Source of the DNA: Tubiluchus corallicola
Lineage: Eukaryota > Animalia > Priapulida
Direction of reading: 5' to 3'
DNA length: 64,000 nt
Assembly (NCBI GenBank): GCA_030141605.1
Contig: JAQGDQ010000036.1
Location: forward strand, 186,001-250,000
Every line of letters starts with the position of its first letter. Within the stretch, counting starts at the first letter, position 1. Positions 1-13,400 of the stretch are shown in pieces. The translations under genes were made by a program, and so were the position numbers. The notes below the pieces were generated by a model. The model was not told where the DNA came from. It ran no database searches and was given only the letters and a program-made list of their open reading frames with translations.

Positions 1-1910
1 AAAATAAATTCTCAAAAGACTTATAAATCTACGGATCCTCATCAAATCCACACCATCCGCACACAATAAGGATGTCCTGATGAAGACCCTTCTGTATAAT
101 TATTATGAATAAGTCCTGATGAAGCAACCAGGGGCGGAACTAGGGGGGAGCGAGGGGGGCGCGCGCCCCCTTTGTCAAAATTTGCGCCCCCTCCCTGCAA
201 AATCGGACAATTTTTTTTGCAGTGAAAACTGCAGTTCGCATGTAATCATTTTCAATATGAATTAGAATTAGGTAAAAAAATGTTTGGTAGCTTCAGTGTA
301 TTATTTTCTTAAAACTTGTGTGTGATAAATTTCTGTAAATAACAATTTAGTTAGAGGCACATTAATAACGTTAGGTTAACTGAGAGTTAATTTTCTCATT
401 ATTGCTCTGTCCGCTACGCTGTCCTACACACGCTAATTATAGGCCTGCATGCAGTATAAAAGGGGTTAAAATTGGCTTAACCATTATTTAACCACTTCGG
501 ATATCTCGCCCCCCCCCCCAGAAAATTTTTGCGCCCCCCCCCCCCTGCTTGCCACATCTAGTTCCGGCCCTGGAAGCAACTTCTCTATAATTATTATGAA
601 TAAAAGTTCGGGAGAAGGAAACATTCCAGCGAACTGGAAAACTGCATATGTAACAGCAATTTTCAAGAAACGAAATAGGAACATGTCAAAAAACTACAGA
701 CCTATTAGTCTAACATCAGTCGTATGTAAAATTCTTGAGGCTGTACTTCAAGACAGAATTATCAATCACCTAGAAGAAAATAACTTATCTCTGACAACCA
801 ATATGGTTTCAGGGTAGGAAAATCATGCCTAATCTCTTGGAAACTATAGGGGACTGGCTAGAAATCCTTGATACTGATGGAAAAGTGGATGTGATCTATT
901 ATGATTTCCAGAAGGCATTTGAGCATGTCCCTCATGAAAGACTTCTATATAAACGTCAAGCATGTGGTGTTGACAGTCACTTACTGAGATGGACTGACAG
1001 TTTCCTCTAAGACAGAATGCAATCTGTGGGACTAAATGAGTGCAAATCATGATGGAGATTAGTTACAACTGGCATCCCACAAATTCACAATTTTCATTAA
1101 CGATTTACCCGGCACATTAATTTGTGGAAGCAAACTATTTCCTTGTGCTACCAAAATATAAGACACAGTAATAACCATAGAAGATCAAGATCATATGCAA
1201 ACTAATGTAGACTCTACAGATAATGGGTGCAGAACTTAGCAAATGATTTTTAATCACGACAAATGTAAAGTTACAAAAGTTGGCAAAGTTCCAATGATTC
1301 CCTATAGATCATGACACATAACAGTAATCTCAGATCAAGTGAATGTCTATGAAGAAAAAGACCTTGGTGTTACTGTGGACAAGTTGCAGTTTACAAGTCA
1401 CATTCATGATATTATTGCAAAAGACACATAGCATATTAATGCCAATAAAATGTAACTTCAGACATTTGGATACTGGTATGCTGATTAGTCTTTACAAATC
1501 ATTGTAAGGCCTGTCTTAAACTAAACTGAAACAATTTGGAATACTTCCAGGAACATGAAACAATTCCTGAGCTTGAAAGCATTCAGTGATGAGCTACTAG
1601 AATGATTTCAGGGATTGCTGGAAGATCCTTCCCTAAAAGGTTACGACACTTAGGACTTACTAGGCAAAAAATGACAAAGACATTCGGAAACCTTAAGGGT
1701 ATAGATTGGATTGCCAGAAACTGTTTGAACTTCAGATCCATCGGAGAACAAGACAGCATTCACCTAAAATAAATAAGAAATTTGTTTCCAAATGGACAAG
1801 AAAACAAAATTTCTTTGCAGCTCGTGTTGTAAATGCTTGAAACAATGTAGTAAGTGCTTCTTCAGTTCCAGTTTAAAGCTCAATTAGAAGTTCTGGGCCA
1901 ATCACCCTGA
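1..1910 (+). mobile_element. Decayed CR1/L2-clade LINE ORF2 (reverse transcriptase) remnant, starting before the window and interrupted by a MITE at 129-572
   Basis: Motifs IPANWKTAYVTAIFKK, NYRPISLTSVVCKILE and VDVIYYDFQKAFEHVPHERLL, later EEKDLGV and a C-terminal FFAARVVNA stretch; many stops and frameshifts. Right boundary approximate. Confidence 0.9.
129..572. mobile_element. hAT-type MITE, 444 bp
   Basis: TIRs CAGGGGCGGAACTAG / CTAGTTCCGGCCCTG match at 14/15; perfect 8-bp TSD GAAGCAAC at 121-128 and 573-580. Confidence 0.9.
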
Positions 1911-3674
1911 GAAATACACTGATCCTAGACTTCCCCAGTGCCAGTAAGATGCATGGATTATTGAGGGAACCTGGCACTTCTTCATGGTGCAAAAACACAA
2001 TACTATCTTCCGGATAGTATCATTATTGCCACGATCTATTAAAACAGTTAACACATGTAAAACATCCAGAGAAGACTGGAGGTGTAAAAAGAGATCATCT
2101 ATGCTTAACCCTACCTGCGCTGTAAGCAGTAAAAGTTAGTGATGACGTCACAACTGAACACGATTTTCAAACTGCAAAGTATTCTGTGAGCACACTGCAC
2201 ATCTTACAAAAGCGAAAACTGAAATACAGCGTTACTCTACAGCACTGACTATGATTTATACCACATGGGCAAATTTTAAGTTTAAAATTCAAAGTCCAAG
2301 CTTACATAAAGTTTAACTATAAATTTGTGATACGTCAAAACTGAACTCAGAGGTGCAGTGCCCATTTTTCTGTGCTACGCATTTTCAAGATGCATGTGCA
2401 GTGTTCATCTAACTAGCGAATGGTGAAATACTCATAGCGGTGAAAAACGGACGTGAAATTAAACTTCTGTAGAAATAATTCTTTCACCTCGGTCAATCTT
2501 GATGAAACAATATTACCTTTCAACATTTCATACATACGACTATTTTGAGCTATTTGATTTACACTTGGTTCGGTTTTCCTTTAATGTTGTTCAAAATTAA
2601 CAAAACAAGACTAAATTTTTTTATGAAAATGATTTATTGCTTTGCAATGTTCAACTCAAAAAAATAGCTTATGGAAAAGTATAATTCACGACATGTTACT
2701 TAATTCTTTTACTTTCAAAAAAACTATTGACCATTGAAGACTGAAAGTCCTTTAAGGAAATATAAAAACAATTTGAACAATGACTTAAACACCCACGTGC
2801 TTATAACATATAAATGTATGTGCAGGGTATTTCTTAACATGATCTTTAAAACTGGCAACATTTTGCCACAATAAATCTTTACAGTTTACATAGCCAACTA
2901 AATGCATTTTACCAAAATGCTGTGTAAATTAGTATCTTAAAGTTTTTTCTTTAACATGTATTGGAATTAGGAGTGTAAAACCTAGTATGAATAGTATGGT
3001 AATGCACTCTTGATGACAAGCTCCTATCACATCATTAGTACTGATTTATAAGCACTGTTTACAGTACAGGTAACAGTAATGATGATACGGCAAAACATGA
3101 TAAACTTGAATGTAACATAAAAATATTTGGTAAAAATATTTGGCAAAACATGAGAACCTGTCACATTTTGCATATTGTTTCCTGTATCAGCTGTTGCATT
3201 TACACTCATATGCAAAGTGAAATTTCTGACTTTTAAAACCTCAAGCAAAATGGATCATGATTTGCAAAGCTGGGCTTGACATACAAAAACTTTAAATAAA
3301 AATTGAGTTCTATAAGGTCTGCTGCAACATAAAAAAGAATGGCTCAGTTTCACCATGAACTCTTTAAGAAACACTTAAGAAAAAAATTAACTATAAACAA
3401 TAGAGGACGCAAAGTGAAGTTGATTCTTAGTAAATTAGCATATTATTTCGGGAAAATATAAAGACACTGTTTATCACAGCTTATCAAGCCATTGTCTGGA
3501 TATCTGTTACTTCACTGATTTTCAGTAACACAAGAAAAAGAACATACTGCAGCAATAAAAAAGAACTTAAAATGTAAATCAGTGGTGCTGCCACTTTTTT
3601 TTGGTCAATTCAAGCAAGTAACTTTTCTAACTTCTCTTAAAGAAATAAAAATCATTACTACGATGACGGCCTGT

Positions 3675-6397
3675 TTAATGAGGTGACTGCTGCTGCAGCA
3701 TTGGTTGTTGAGAGTTGTCAACTGCCGTTGATGGTAACACCTGTTGTGTAGCTTGTCCTAATGCCTTTTGCTGGTCATTATGGAACTTCTCTACCTGCAT
3801 TACGAAAGCCATTTCTAGCAGCATGTTAAGTTATTTAAAATGCCATTAAACAATCATAACATATTTCTTACCTTATGCTATTTTCTAAAACTTATCTACA
3901 ATAAAGATACACTATGACAAAGAAATTTATTTTGTAAGGATCTGTTTCGTCATCAGAATCTATAGACTTATCTACACTTCATCTTTTCTGTAAACAACTT
4001 GATATTTTATCACAATTAGGTCACCACTTAAAGTTTATTTTGTAACCACAAGCAATGAGAAACAAAGTTTGGTCACTTCTGGCTACCTTTTGCAAAAGTT
4101 ACAAGATCGGGTGACATATTAGGTGAAGTTTGAAAATTAAATGGAAAACGGTTTGTACAGGGGCCTAGCATCTTACTCAGAATCTGCTTTTTGAAGGAAC
4201 CCACTTGAATCTTACAAAAATTCAGATAAACCCTAAATAGCCTCAAAAAATTTCATATTTGAAATTGTTATGGAATCTAAAAAAATGAGCACACTCCCAA
4301 CAGGAGAAAGAAGTAGTCCGCAATGTGTAAACATTTTATCTAAGAAAACTTCGAATAAATGGAAATGTAGCTCCCAAAGACATTATAGCCATATCATCCA
4401 TTACTCCCCATGTATAAAAATCTGCTATATGGGATACTTGCCCATTAGTGAGTAGATATAGTATCAATTGCCAAGTTATAAGTACAAGTTATAAAATACA
4501 TTAAGACTTCTGCAAAATGCTCGTGCTTGGAGTAGCTAGTATTTAAAAATTCTGGTTACCCTGGTAATAAAATGAACATTACAAAACTCACTGCCAAATT
4601 TTCAAATAAGAAAGATTTGGAAATATTTGCCTTTCTTATTTATGTTAACCATATTATTGGTTGGAGAATTCGAATCTGCCGACTCCAAAAACAGAAAAAT
4701 CAGGCCAGAGGTCAAGCCAAGCTAGATGAAGCAATTTGCTTAAGACACCAAGGAGTAAGAAAATCACATTCCAATATTTTACAGGTGTATTTAACAGTTT
4801 GCTGGTCATACTCAAACTCTATTGATAAAAAGGCTTTAGAAACAAAATGGTCTTTTTCCTAATCAAGGCTTAAAATTATAAAGCTGGCACATAAAAAATT
4901 GTTTATAGCTAGTGTGTTATTTTACTCCTTAAAACAAATTTTATTTGTACAAGTGAATATCAATACATCTGTGATTTAATATATTGGAGATTAAAATAAA
5001 TTAACTACTACTAAGACAACTAAGCATTCTTTTAGGTACTGTGAAACAATTAAAAAATTAGTGCTAGCACCTATCTGCTTTTCCGTTGATTTAAAGCCAT
5101 TATAGCCATTTACTTACAATTTTTCTAACATGATTTAGTGTCTGCTCAAGTGTCTGCTCATTACTGGAAGGTGGCTGCTGGCCAATGAGTGAACACTGGC
5201 AATTTTCTGGCTGATATGGTGGTGAAATCTCAACTTGCTTCATAACTACTATGTTTTGATTCCGCCACACGACTTCATCTATCCTACAAATAAATGAAAT
5301 ATTTTTTTAAATCAAATACAAGTTTTGAAAATTAATGAATCTATAACACATAAAAAATTCTTGAAAAAAATCACCAAGAACAAATAACTGATATTTTCTA
5401 ATATATCATAAATATGAAAAGTCCTAATATATAACGTCATAATGGTAATACTCACGTTTTGGTAATAGCCAGAAACAATTTCTGAGCTTCTGGAGTGACA
5501 TTTTCTCCCACTGACTCAATTTGTCTCTTTTTCTCATTTTTACTTTGCATTAGCCTATAGTTGAGCTGAAATACATGCAAGAACAAATAATCGACAAGAC
5601 CGTCATTCAAATATGCTTAAGAAAAAAAGCACTTTCACAGTTAAAATAATGTTGTACAAAAATTAATACATAGTTCTATACAGCTTCTAGGATTTTAGGT
5701 TCCTAAGTTTCATTCCCATTAATACAAGGGTCTATACTATATATAAACATAACACTACATTAACAAATGAACACTCAAAAAATTTTGCAATCCCATTTAA
5801 TGTGTAATTCATTTACATTACAGGTACAATACTTGCACTTAATAACTCATATTCTCATAAATACACCTTTGACATTTACAATACATTACACAGAAATCTG
5901 CTTCAGTCTCTTCCCACTACTCCCCACTTACAATACATACTACAATTAATAATATACGTTAAGTTACTATGTACTACCTAATTTGAAAAACCTTATGCAA
6001 TCTTAGGGTGGCTGTCACATTCTTTCTATACTAAAATAGCCCTCAGAAAAATTATCGTTGCTTTATCTTATAAAAGATATAATAATTAATAAATTAATAA
6101 AAATCACCGACTGTGAAGGTATTCTATCTAATCAAAGCAGTTTGATTTAAAAAAATCCATCATCATAATTACTAAGCAAATTAAACTGTTGATAACATAC
6201 TAGTTCTTACCTTGTGGAAGTTAAGATTAGGAACTGGAGATGGAGTCTTGTTTTCTCCTTCATTAATCACATTTATGTTTTTTACCAGTTGCAAATTCAC
6301 TATATGTATGTCAACATTACTTGACCTTCCAGTCTTTGTAGGAGATTCTAGTACAACGTTAAGTAAAATTGTACAACGGTACAATATGCCTAGCTAA

Positions 6398-6428
<31 letters not shown>

Positions 6429-9079
6429 CCGCTCTCCCTAGCAGTCTAAAGAAACATGTTACATTTATTTCTGGTATTGATATTCATATTAACTTTGTAA
6501 GCTTATCTAGACATTGTAATATTGCTGGAAATGATCTCGCTGATTCCTTGGCTAAAAAAGGCTGCTCATGATGCTCAATTCATAGATGCAAATTCCTGTA
6601 TTTACACATACAAAATATCAGGAATGCAAGCAAAAAAGCTTTACTTCACAAACAGATATTCTGGTGGAATCACTCATCAAATGGTAGATTCTTTACAGTT
6701 TACTCCCCTTATGGTTCGAACATATTCAGCATCATTAATTTACTCACATCCATGCCACATGCCCAGCAACTTGCTGCATTATGAATAAAATCCAAATATC
6801 CGGTCTACTGCATATTATACTGCATTTCTTTCGATTGTCTTTCTACAGATTGTAGCTACTTCTGCCACTGCTAGCAGATGATTCACGAGTACTGTAGTGC
6901 TGGCTGTTTGTCAGTTGGGGGAGAATGCTGACTGCAGCATAATGAAATTGTTAGGTCTGTGCATAAACCACTTTAATGAAAGGGTGAAGTTGCCCTGGGG
7001 TGTGCTCTAACTGAGCATAACTTTAACTGCACATACTAATTCACTACTTTTAATTCACCAAGAGAAGAATAACATCAACTGCAATGTATATTTTTTAATT
7101 TTGTAAAATGAATGATGCAGCCGTGAATCACAAAAAAGCTGAGTAGAGCTAAAACTCAGTTAATATAGTTCCTATGCAAAAATTATGCATTTTACAGGTA
7201 TGAGGCAGTTAGTTCTCATAGCTGCTTTACTTGTATGGTGGTGGCTTCAGTGCCTATGTAGTTTGGTAAAGGCAGCTGACTAAGACTAATGTGAACTGAC
7301 ATTGGGATGTGAAACTGACAAATCAAACTGTAACTAATGTAGTAAACTTTAATAATCCTTACTACATCAATTCAATGTTAGTATTTGGCTATCCACCAAT
7401 GACTATTTAACTTACATTTCACGTAATTCGTAATTTGTTCAGTCACTAGAAATACGAATCAAGCAGAATTGCTTGTGTAGTTTGTGTCCCTCTGTGATCT
7501 CGAAAACTTGATTTTCTATTAACGCAGCGGTTATGCGTTAATAGTTTCTTTGATTACATAAGGGTTAATCTAAATTTAACTACTAAACATTGGTTCTCCA
7601 TTCCAGTGCAGTTCAATAGAATCTACAGAACATTTTTTGTCTAAGTATATACTTTAGAAGTAGATGCTGTTGCTGTACAAAATTGTTTGATTATTTGATG
7701 TAAACTTGGTAATTACACTTTTTATTAATATGCGAAGACACAGACTGAAAGGACTGGATCTTGATGTGATAATTAAAGAATGCTATAGAAAGAGCTGACA
7801 TTTTAACAAGTGGATAACATTAGTGCCCACATATCACATTATCATGACTTTTCAGTTATGTTAGAAAATTTTCCAATTTGATTAACAACTCTTTTGTAAA
7901 GAAAAAAGCATCTGCTTGCACACTTAAAAGCCAACAGCATGCTGGTAATAATATCACAATGTGCACTAGCTAAGGCAACCAATAATGTATTATAGACAAA
8001 TGGGAGCAGTAACAGCCTAAATACTTCTTGACTCCACCATGTTTATTGACCAACAATCATTTCAGCTACTGTAGCCATTATCGAACTACAAATCAAGCCA
8101 AAAAGAAGCATAAATAATACATTAATGATACAAAGGCACAAACTAAAACTACAATTTACAAAACAACAAAATAGAACTTAACTTATCACAATAAATGAGG
8201 TTGTAACAGAAGAAATTGCAGAAAAATGTAACAAATTTTTACTTAACACACGAGAACCAAAAATGAACACAACAGGTAAACAATTAGTCCAAGCCGACAT
8301 AATAAGAAACCACAGCAGTAAGCATTATAAGAATAAAACACAACTTCTACTTTTTGCATGGTTTTATTCTTATAATGCTTACTGCTGTAGTTGTTCATTA
8401 TTCATTATATAGACTTGGCCTAATTGTTTACCTGTTGTGTTCATTTTTGGTACTTGTGTGTTAGGTAAATTTGTTACATTTCTCTGCAATTTCTTCCGTT
8501 ACAACCTCGTTTATTCTGATAAGTCCTATTCTGTTGTTTTGTAGTTTCCGTTTGTGCCTTTGTATCATTAATGTATTATTTATTCGTCATCCCTCGACGA
8601 AATGCTTAAGGTATTATCATTGCTCAATAGACATGGTGATTCCTAGAAACTGACTGTTTCGTGTATTTAATTTACTTCTTGTTGACTTACTAACGAAACT
8701 GACTAAGTGCTTGGTTCTTTTAATTATTAATGGCCGTCTTAAACTCACGCCGGCGGCTTAACCTACAATACAATGTGCTCCACTGCACATCCACAGTACT
8801 TTTGCACTTTTGTTGTAATACCTTGATTCCAGAGACTTGCATCTCCTGTAAATGAAGAGGGTGCTAGGCATCACTATTTCACTTTTACTGTTTTAGTCCA
8901 TCTATTATTCTCAACCAAAAACGTTAACACCCAAACAGAAAGGTATTCAAAAGGATACTAATTGCCAGTATATTAGTTTGATGGTCGAATGCCATCACTT
9001 CCCCTTGAATATCTTGGTCATAACATGTTGTACACTTTACTTCACTACCTATTGTGAAGTATTCATTACTTTCGGCCAT
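3675..9079 (-). CDS. LSM12: LSM12 homolog (Lsm domain plus anticodon-binding-like domain), 217 aa
   Basis: Exons 9079-8959, 6347-6211, 5565-5456, 5283-5118, 3794-3675 join in frame (654 nt): MAESNEYFTIGSEVKCTTCYDQDIQGEVMAFDHQTNILAIKSPTKTG...VTPEAQKLFLAITKTIDEVVWRNQNIVVM...PPYQPENC...HVRKIVEKFH, matching the LSM12 family as I recall it. Confidence 0.95.
6398..6430. repeat. (CT)n microsatellite
   Basis: About 13 CT units followed by a degenerate tail. Confidence 0.9.
8111..8582. repeat. Long inverted repeat (arms about 8111-8339 and 8361-8582, 21-nt loop)
   Basis: taaataatacattaatgatacaaaggcacaaac...cagcagtaagcattataagaataaaac is followed by its reverse complement with scattered mismatches and small indels. 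The left arm reads EVVTEEIAEKCNKF, resembling a LINE ORF2 linker. Confidence 0.93.
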
Positions 9080-9204
9080 TACAACTTTCATGTTTACGTG
9101 ACAATAAACTTATTCCATGATTTACTCGCAGATTCAGTTTTGCATTCAGCCAATATCTATGCAACGACCCATCTACCAAGCTTAGCTACAAGTTCTCAAT
9201 AAAA

Positions 9205-9560
9205 GTTAAACAGCAGAAGGAAATTGACGCTTTTCAAAGACGTCTCTATAGCAAATTGCTAGGTGTCAAACGGCCTGACAGAATATCCAATGACGATCTG
9301 TACGATGTAGTCAGAAGAATCCTTGGAGTAAATCAAATAAGAAGGTTGCAGTGGATTGGACACGTACTAAGATTACGTCAAGAGTCTCCTGGCTCTCCTC
9401 TTCTTATAGCATTGCATAAAACTCTTGAAACGACAAAAAAGCCAAGAGGGGTTAACTACTGACGTATATAGATAAACTCTATAAGAATGCAAATACAACT
9501 CTAGATTTGAGGGATAATGCATTGTGAGCAGTGGCAGTTTATAGGAATGATTGGCATCAA
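9205..9560 (+). mobile_element. RTE-like LINE 3' remnant
   Basis: KEIDAFQRRLYSKLLGVKRPDRISNDDLY...IRRLQWIGHVLR is typical of the C-terminus of RTE-clade ORF2. Confidence 0.75.
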
Positions 9561-9569
9561 CAGTAGCAG

Positions 9570-9960
9570 CACTTAGATGATAATGACGAGAAGTTACCAC
9601 AGTGACTATTATAATTGTTACCTTTGTAAAAATTATTATTGTTGTTGCTGTGTCAGTTATTGCCGCTTTGGTGCTGCTGGTCATTTGATGTTGTTGTTGC
9701 TGTTGTTTTTGTTACTGTTGTCATTGTTTTTGTCACTATTGTCATCATTACCATCATCTTTGTATGTGGTGGTGGTAGTAACGCTTTTACTTTTGCTGGT
9801 AATGAACAATGCCATCAACCTACTACCAACAAATGCAGGAACCACCACCAAGATGATAATGAGATTGTAACTACGACAACAGCTAGTGCCATACTGCCTC
9901 TATTGCTTCTATCTCCTAACATCATCATAGTCAACATTGTAATAAAAACTTATTGCTTTT
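9570..9960. repeat. Degenerate trinucleotide low-complexity tract (ATT/GTT/CAT/ACC)
   Basis: Runs such as ttgttgttgctg, catcattaccatcatc and accaccacca; these explain the spurious overlapping ORFs here. Confidence 0.8.
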
Positions 9961-10979
9961 ATAAGTATGGTTTGTAATAAATAGGTCAACTGAAATTAAT
10001 GCAGTTCATTTTTTGCAACAAAAACCATAAACTAGCCACCAAAATCATCATAACTTCTGCCAGTAGTATTTAGTGTAGATCGACACTTCATGCATCTCAC
10101 ACAGTTTAACTGAATGACCTGGAAATTCACTGGACTTCAAGTCTATGAAATTAATGCATTGTAAAACAGACTGGGAACATGGAGTTCAACACTATACGGA
10201 GGGTTCACTTAATACAAAAATCGACAACACATGCTTGGCACTAATGCTTCAATGGCAAGCCATAAATATTATGGCAAGCAAAAGATAGCGTTATTTTTAT
10301 AGCAATCTCATAAATATGAGGTTAATACGTTGTACTTTTTTTACCTGCTAGTCATTGGATGGCACAGTGTGTCACGTGCGTTCGGATGCCACAGGCAAAG
10401 TGAATTCTGCGATTACAGTGTTTTTCTCTGTGCTGGGAGCAATAAAAGATGATCCAAGAACATATCAAACCATTGATCGGTATTCAAAAGGTAAGCTTGT
10501 GAGGCTCGGACATTTGTAAGATATGTTCGATAAGGGTGAGCATCGAATGTTCGAGTTGAAATGTTTGAATCCGATTTGGTTTGAATTCGATTCGAACCTA
10601 AAATTATAGATTCTAGTAATTCTGCACTTCAACCGCACACATTCTTTATCATTAAAACGTTTGAAACATCATACAATTAGCACAGTTTAGCTGCAATTTC
10701 TGTGCATAATTTTTAAACAAATTATTAATGGTTTCACCACAGAACAAAATTGAGTAATATGCATTACCTTTGTAAAATCGCTTTTTAGATTCTGGCAGGG
10801 AAATTGTCTTAGTTCGATTGGTGATTGGCCGATCATACCCTCAAGATTTTATGCGGTGCAAGACCTATGAGAACTTCACACTCAGTATTGAAAGCACACT
10901 AAACTTTCCATTGATTCAGCAGTATTTTGATGTTCTGGTTTTGTACTGTTACTAGTAACATTTGTTTATCTCAGTTACT

Positions 10980-13400
10980 CAATGTAATACTTCAAAACAT
11001 CTCAAGGACTCATTAATAAAGTCTAGGAAACGTTATGCAAATAAGCTGGTTTAGAAATGTAAAAACTAATTCAAAGAAGTTCTTCTTCAGTTACATGAAA
11101 CAATTTGCCAAGCCAAAGAATTCTATGGAACGATTCATTAATTGTTAGGACCAAAATGATGAAGTTTTGCTTAATGACTCCAACAAGGCTAATGCATTGA
11201 ATGGCTTTTTCACTTCAGTATTTATTAAAGAGTCTACAGATTTATTTCTTCAGTGTGGTCAGTCCTTCACTTAGTAATATGATGAGGTCAACTTTTCCAT
11301 ACAGACAGTGTATAACCAGCTAATAAAAATTGATGAGACAAAAGTAAGTCCTGATGAAGTTCATCCCAGCATTTTGAAGAACTGCACAGAAACAGTGGCA
11401 AAGCCATTTTTTGTTGTTCAGGAAGTCTATAATTGTCTGCATCATGACTGGTGTGATGCTAACGTTTCTCCTAAGCCAAAGAAAGGTCCTCACTAGTCAT
11501 TGTCCAATATCATTAACTAGCATTGGCGTTAAAACCTTATAACGTTTAATTCTGCAGCCACTTATGGACTTCTGCATGGAAGAAAACTGTTCTCGAAACC
11601 ATGGTTTTTAAAAAAGAAAGTCATTCAGTACCAACCTTGTGGAAGTTCTTGATAACTAGACATCAGCATGTGATAATCTGTGGAACGGCATGCACACACA
11701 AGTGATTAACAGCTAAGCTGTGTTATTCTGGGATCTAGAGGCAAACTGCTCAAGTAGCCAGTTCGAAAACATGTTTGTCAAATCGCAGGCAACGAGTAGT
11801 AATCAACAGTACATCTTCCATGTGATGCTCTGTTTCTAGCAGTGTTCCTCAAAGACCTATACAGGCTGGTTCCCATTTTATTCCAACTCTTCGCCAATGA
11901 TTTGCAACATTAAGTTATTTCAGAAATCAACGTTTTTGCTGACGACATAAAAATCTGTCATAGAGTTCTGACAATAGAAGATTCAGCATGGCAAGTCTTT
12001 GCTTGATGACTCCCCATTTGCGATTAGCGATGCTTGGTTTTATCGATGCTGATTATTCGACACCTGTCTTCACTTAACAGTGCACTATCTCGTTTTAATG
12101 ATGATTTATTTTTTACTTTGCTCGAAAGCCAATTTTTATTTTATCAACACCTTTTTTACCAAATCTGATTAAAAACAGTACATATTGCATTACTCTGTTC
12201 CAAAATGCACTAATAACGTAAACAGTGCAATTATTATGCAAGTATACGTTTTTGCTTCCCGACTGGCCATTTGTATCAAATGAGACCTGGAAGCAAGGAA
12301 TTTTGCCCTCAGCCTGTTGCTATACTAAACAGACTAGATAAAATTCCCAAGGTCATTGAGCACTGAGTTTTGACTCTCCTGCAAGGTTTATTGTTTAGCC
12401 GCTGCCTACACTTTAAATGTTAACAAAAGAGAAATCGCTAGCTAGGTTAGTAAGCGACATATAGGTGGTTTCAAGCAAGCAGAATGAAACTAATCAGTAA
12501 AAACATGGGTAAAACACATAAAACCTTTACTTGACATGATTTAAGCAACATTGATTTTTGTCTCTGGAACATATCTAAGTTCTTTTACATTACATTCTAT
12601 CGAAGTTTTGGCTTCATGTAACGACTTCATTTTGCTTAACGTTGCATTAGTGTCGTTAAGCGAGAACTTTCTGTGCTTTCGCAATAGGACTTATGTCATC
12701 TGGAAGCCTGGTCTGGTAAGTGGTTATTATAGTTTAATGCGGATAAGTGTGTAGTGTTACAGCTTAAAGTGCAAGCTTCACCACATTATTATTTGTCTGG
12801 CAATGAATTAGCACATATGTATCAGAACATAAAGACCTTAGTGTAATTATATCTAATTATCTGAAGCCTATTGCATATATCACCAACATATGCAAGAAGG
12901 CAAATCAGATGATTGGATTGATTAAACGATATTTTGTTGACTGAGATCCTAAGTGTTAACACACTACAAAGCTTATGTGTGCCATTACTAGAATACTCTA
13001 GCATATAGTATATGGTCACCATCGTTACAATCCAACATCAAGAGATCGCAGAAAGTTCAAGATAGGTACCTTGAATTATGTTTTACAGCTGACATACGAT
13101 GAGATAATGAGATATGATACCATGATATGAGATAACTGTGTTAATTAACTTCAAAAGAGAAGAGAAACAGCTGACCTGTATAAGGTATTTAAGCACATAA
13201 ACAGAGATAACTGCATTAGCTGTGATACACTATTTAGGGCACCTCTACTGTTCTTTCGCGGTCATTCTAAGAAACTGTTCAAACCTTAAGCAAGAACTAA
13301 TTCTAAAAGTTCATTTTAATTTTTCACACCTTGTAGCGAACAAGTGGAACAGTTGGCCAGAGAGGGTCAGTGCACCAAATTTAATATTTCAAAGAAAAGA
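10980..13400 (+). mobile_element. Second decayed CR1-type LINE ORF2 remnant, interrupted by a MITE
   Basis: NVKTNSKKFF, KANALNGFFTSVF, PDEVHPSILKNC, WCDANVSP.PKKG, FADDIKIC, LEAWSGKWLL.FNADKC and FSHLVANKWNSWP motifs in order; heavily mutated. Boundaries approximate. Confidence 0.85.
11988..12674. mobile_element. Tigger/pogo-like MITE nested in the LINE
   Basis: LINE reading IEDS...DLCHLEAW is split here. Degenerate TIRs: gcaagtctttgcttgatgac versus the reverse complement of the right end, gaaagttctcgcttaacgac. Confidence 0.55.

Larger units (their letters stand above)
6348..8958 (-). other. U12-type (minor spliceosome) GT-AG intron 1 of LSM12
   Basis: Donor A|GTATCCTTTT at 8958; branch-site-like TTTACTTAAC 10 nt before the exon; no polypyrimidine tract between branch site and AG; frame restored (A+AA = Lys). 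Confidence 0.92.

Noticed and set aside
9373-9977. Overlapping 97-112 aa ORFs
   Set aside because: Products of trinucleotide low-complexity sequence; no recognisable domain.
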